In this document: one piece after another, positions 23,676 through 24,497 of the stretch
Layout: the number at the start of each line of letters is the position of its first letter
How positions within the stretch are numbered: position 1 is the first letter of the stretch
IMG/VR virus record: IMGVR_UViG_3300034374_006030
Location: 1-24,497 of that record
Direction: 5' to 3' (one strand)
DNA: 24,497 nt
From: a virus
Taxonomy: Duplodnaviria > Caudoviricetes
Notes under the pieces: model-generated
Seen by the model: the letters and a program-made list of their open reading frames with translations, nothing else
Told to the model about the DNA's origin: nothing
Database searches by the model: none
Made by a program: the position numbers and the translations under genes

Positions 23676-24497
23676 AAAAAATGATATGTTTGTTCTGGTT
23701 TATCTGCGAATTCCATTATGATGTATCTAACGCAATCTATCAGGTGGTCATCACCTATCGGTGTATTGGTGACTCGTCCTGACCTGTCCTTCTTAAATTT
23801 TAATTCACTGAACTCCCTGTATAAATTAAGTGAATCTTCGTGTATGTGTATCTTATGTTGTTTCATTTTGGAAATACCATACAATACACTCCCTTGTCCT
23901 TTCTTAACACCTCTTATGTTAAATCCTCCTCTACGTAAATCCTGTATGGACTTTGGTTCTGATGAATCTGCTACAATAAGGGTTTCCCTATCTATACCAA
24001 GTTCCTGTAAGATGAATATCAAATCATCATTGGTTGTTCCTGCTTGATATAACAATTCTTTACAATATACATCCTTACCATCCATCAATACTTCAACAAC
24101 AGCACAGGGGTCTGTAGCAAAACCCCAATCAAGTCCAATGTATCTCTCCTTATATCTTGGTTCATCAGAGTATTTGTCGTAATTGACGAATATCTTTTCT
24201 CTTGGTGGAACTACCCTACCTTCAGAGTATATCTCATATAAGTCAGGGTCTAACTCTTTTAACTCTTGTATGGATTGAATAATTCTCTTATCAAGAAAAG
24301 GATTACCCTTCCACGTTGAGTGTATCATTATACCATTGTCTTTACCTTCATATTCAAGTCCCCACCAGTCCTCCGTTATTTCAGGGTTGTATGCTGCGAG
24401 TATGTATTGTTCTGTGCGAATGTCCAACTGAACAAATGGTTCAAATGAAACTGTATTGACCTCATCACAAAAAACCACATCGGACTTCATACCTCTC
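23672..24497 (-). CDS. terL: Terminase large subunit (PBSX/Terminase_3-type), 5'-truncated by the window
   Basis: Walker B VVFCDE, YNP, HSTWKGNPFL, nuclease GLDWGF.TDP, ADSSEPKSI and DDHLIDCVRY. The frame stays open to the window edge. Confidence 0.92.
   Translation of the reverse strand, partial: RGMKSDVVFCDEVNTVSFEPFVQLDIRTEQYILAAYNPEITEDWWGLEYEGKDNGIMIHSTWKGNPFLDKRIIQSIQELKELDPDLYEIYSEGRVVPPREKIFVNYDKYSDEPRYKERYIGLDWGFATDPCAVVEVLMDGKDVYCKELLYQAGTTNDDLIFILQELGIDRETLIVADSSEPKSIQDLRRGGFNIRGVKKGQGSVLYGISKMKQHKIHIHEDSLNLYREFSELKFKKDRSGRVTNTPIGDDHLIDCVRYIIMEFADKPEQTYHFL

Noticed and set aside
10929-24047. Remaining short ORFs nested in or antisense to capsid, protease, TMP, tail and terminase genes
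   Set aside because: They lie within or antisense to long, motif-supported genes and have no independent expression signals.
1-24497. Stop-codon reassignment, tRNA genes, introns or inteins
   Set aside because: Genes tile the window densely under the standard code. I saw no cloverleaf or intron-sized gap, and the protease inserts lack intein C/S...HN splice motifs.

Overview
This is a 24.5-kb piece of an AT-rich tailed (probably siphovirus-like) phage genome. The host is most likely in Bacteroidota, based on repeated TTTG-N19-21-TAnnTTTG promoters and A-rich leaders with no Shine-Dalgarno sequence. The - strand (24497->3119) is one tightly coupled morphogenesis operon in a non-lambdoid order: terminase large subunit (cut by the window edge), a tail chaperone with a T10 slippery site and an open -1 frame, tail completion/neck genes, tail-tip proteins, tape measure, a 702-aa mosaic XkdF-type prohead protease, scaffold, major capsid, tail tube, a block of Pro/Thr-linker adhesin-like proteins (one DUF285/BspA-like, two recent paralogs), portal and head-tail adaptor. 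The + strand (1->3120) holds the most unusual region: six small, mostly very acidic genes, each with its own host-type promoter. Three of them share an identical 37-bp leader, giving a cassette-like array. The array ends in a possible ~70-nt small RNA with 9 nt of complementarity to the shared start-codon region. All product calls come from motif recognition and synteny; no database searches were run.
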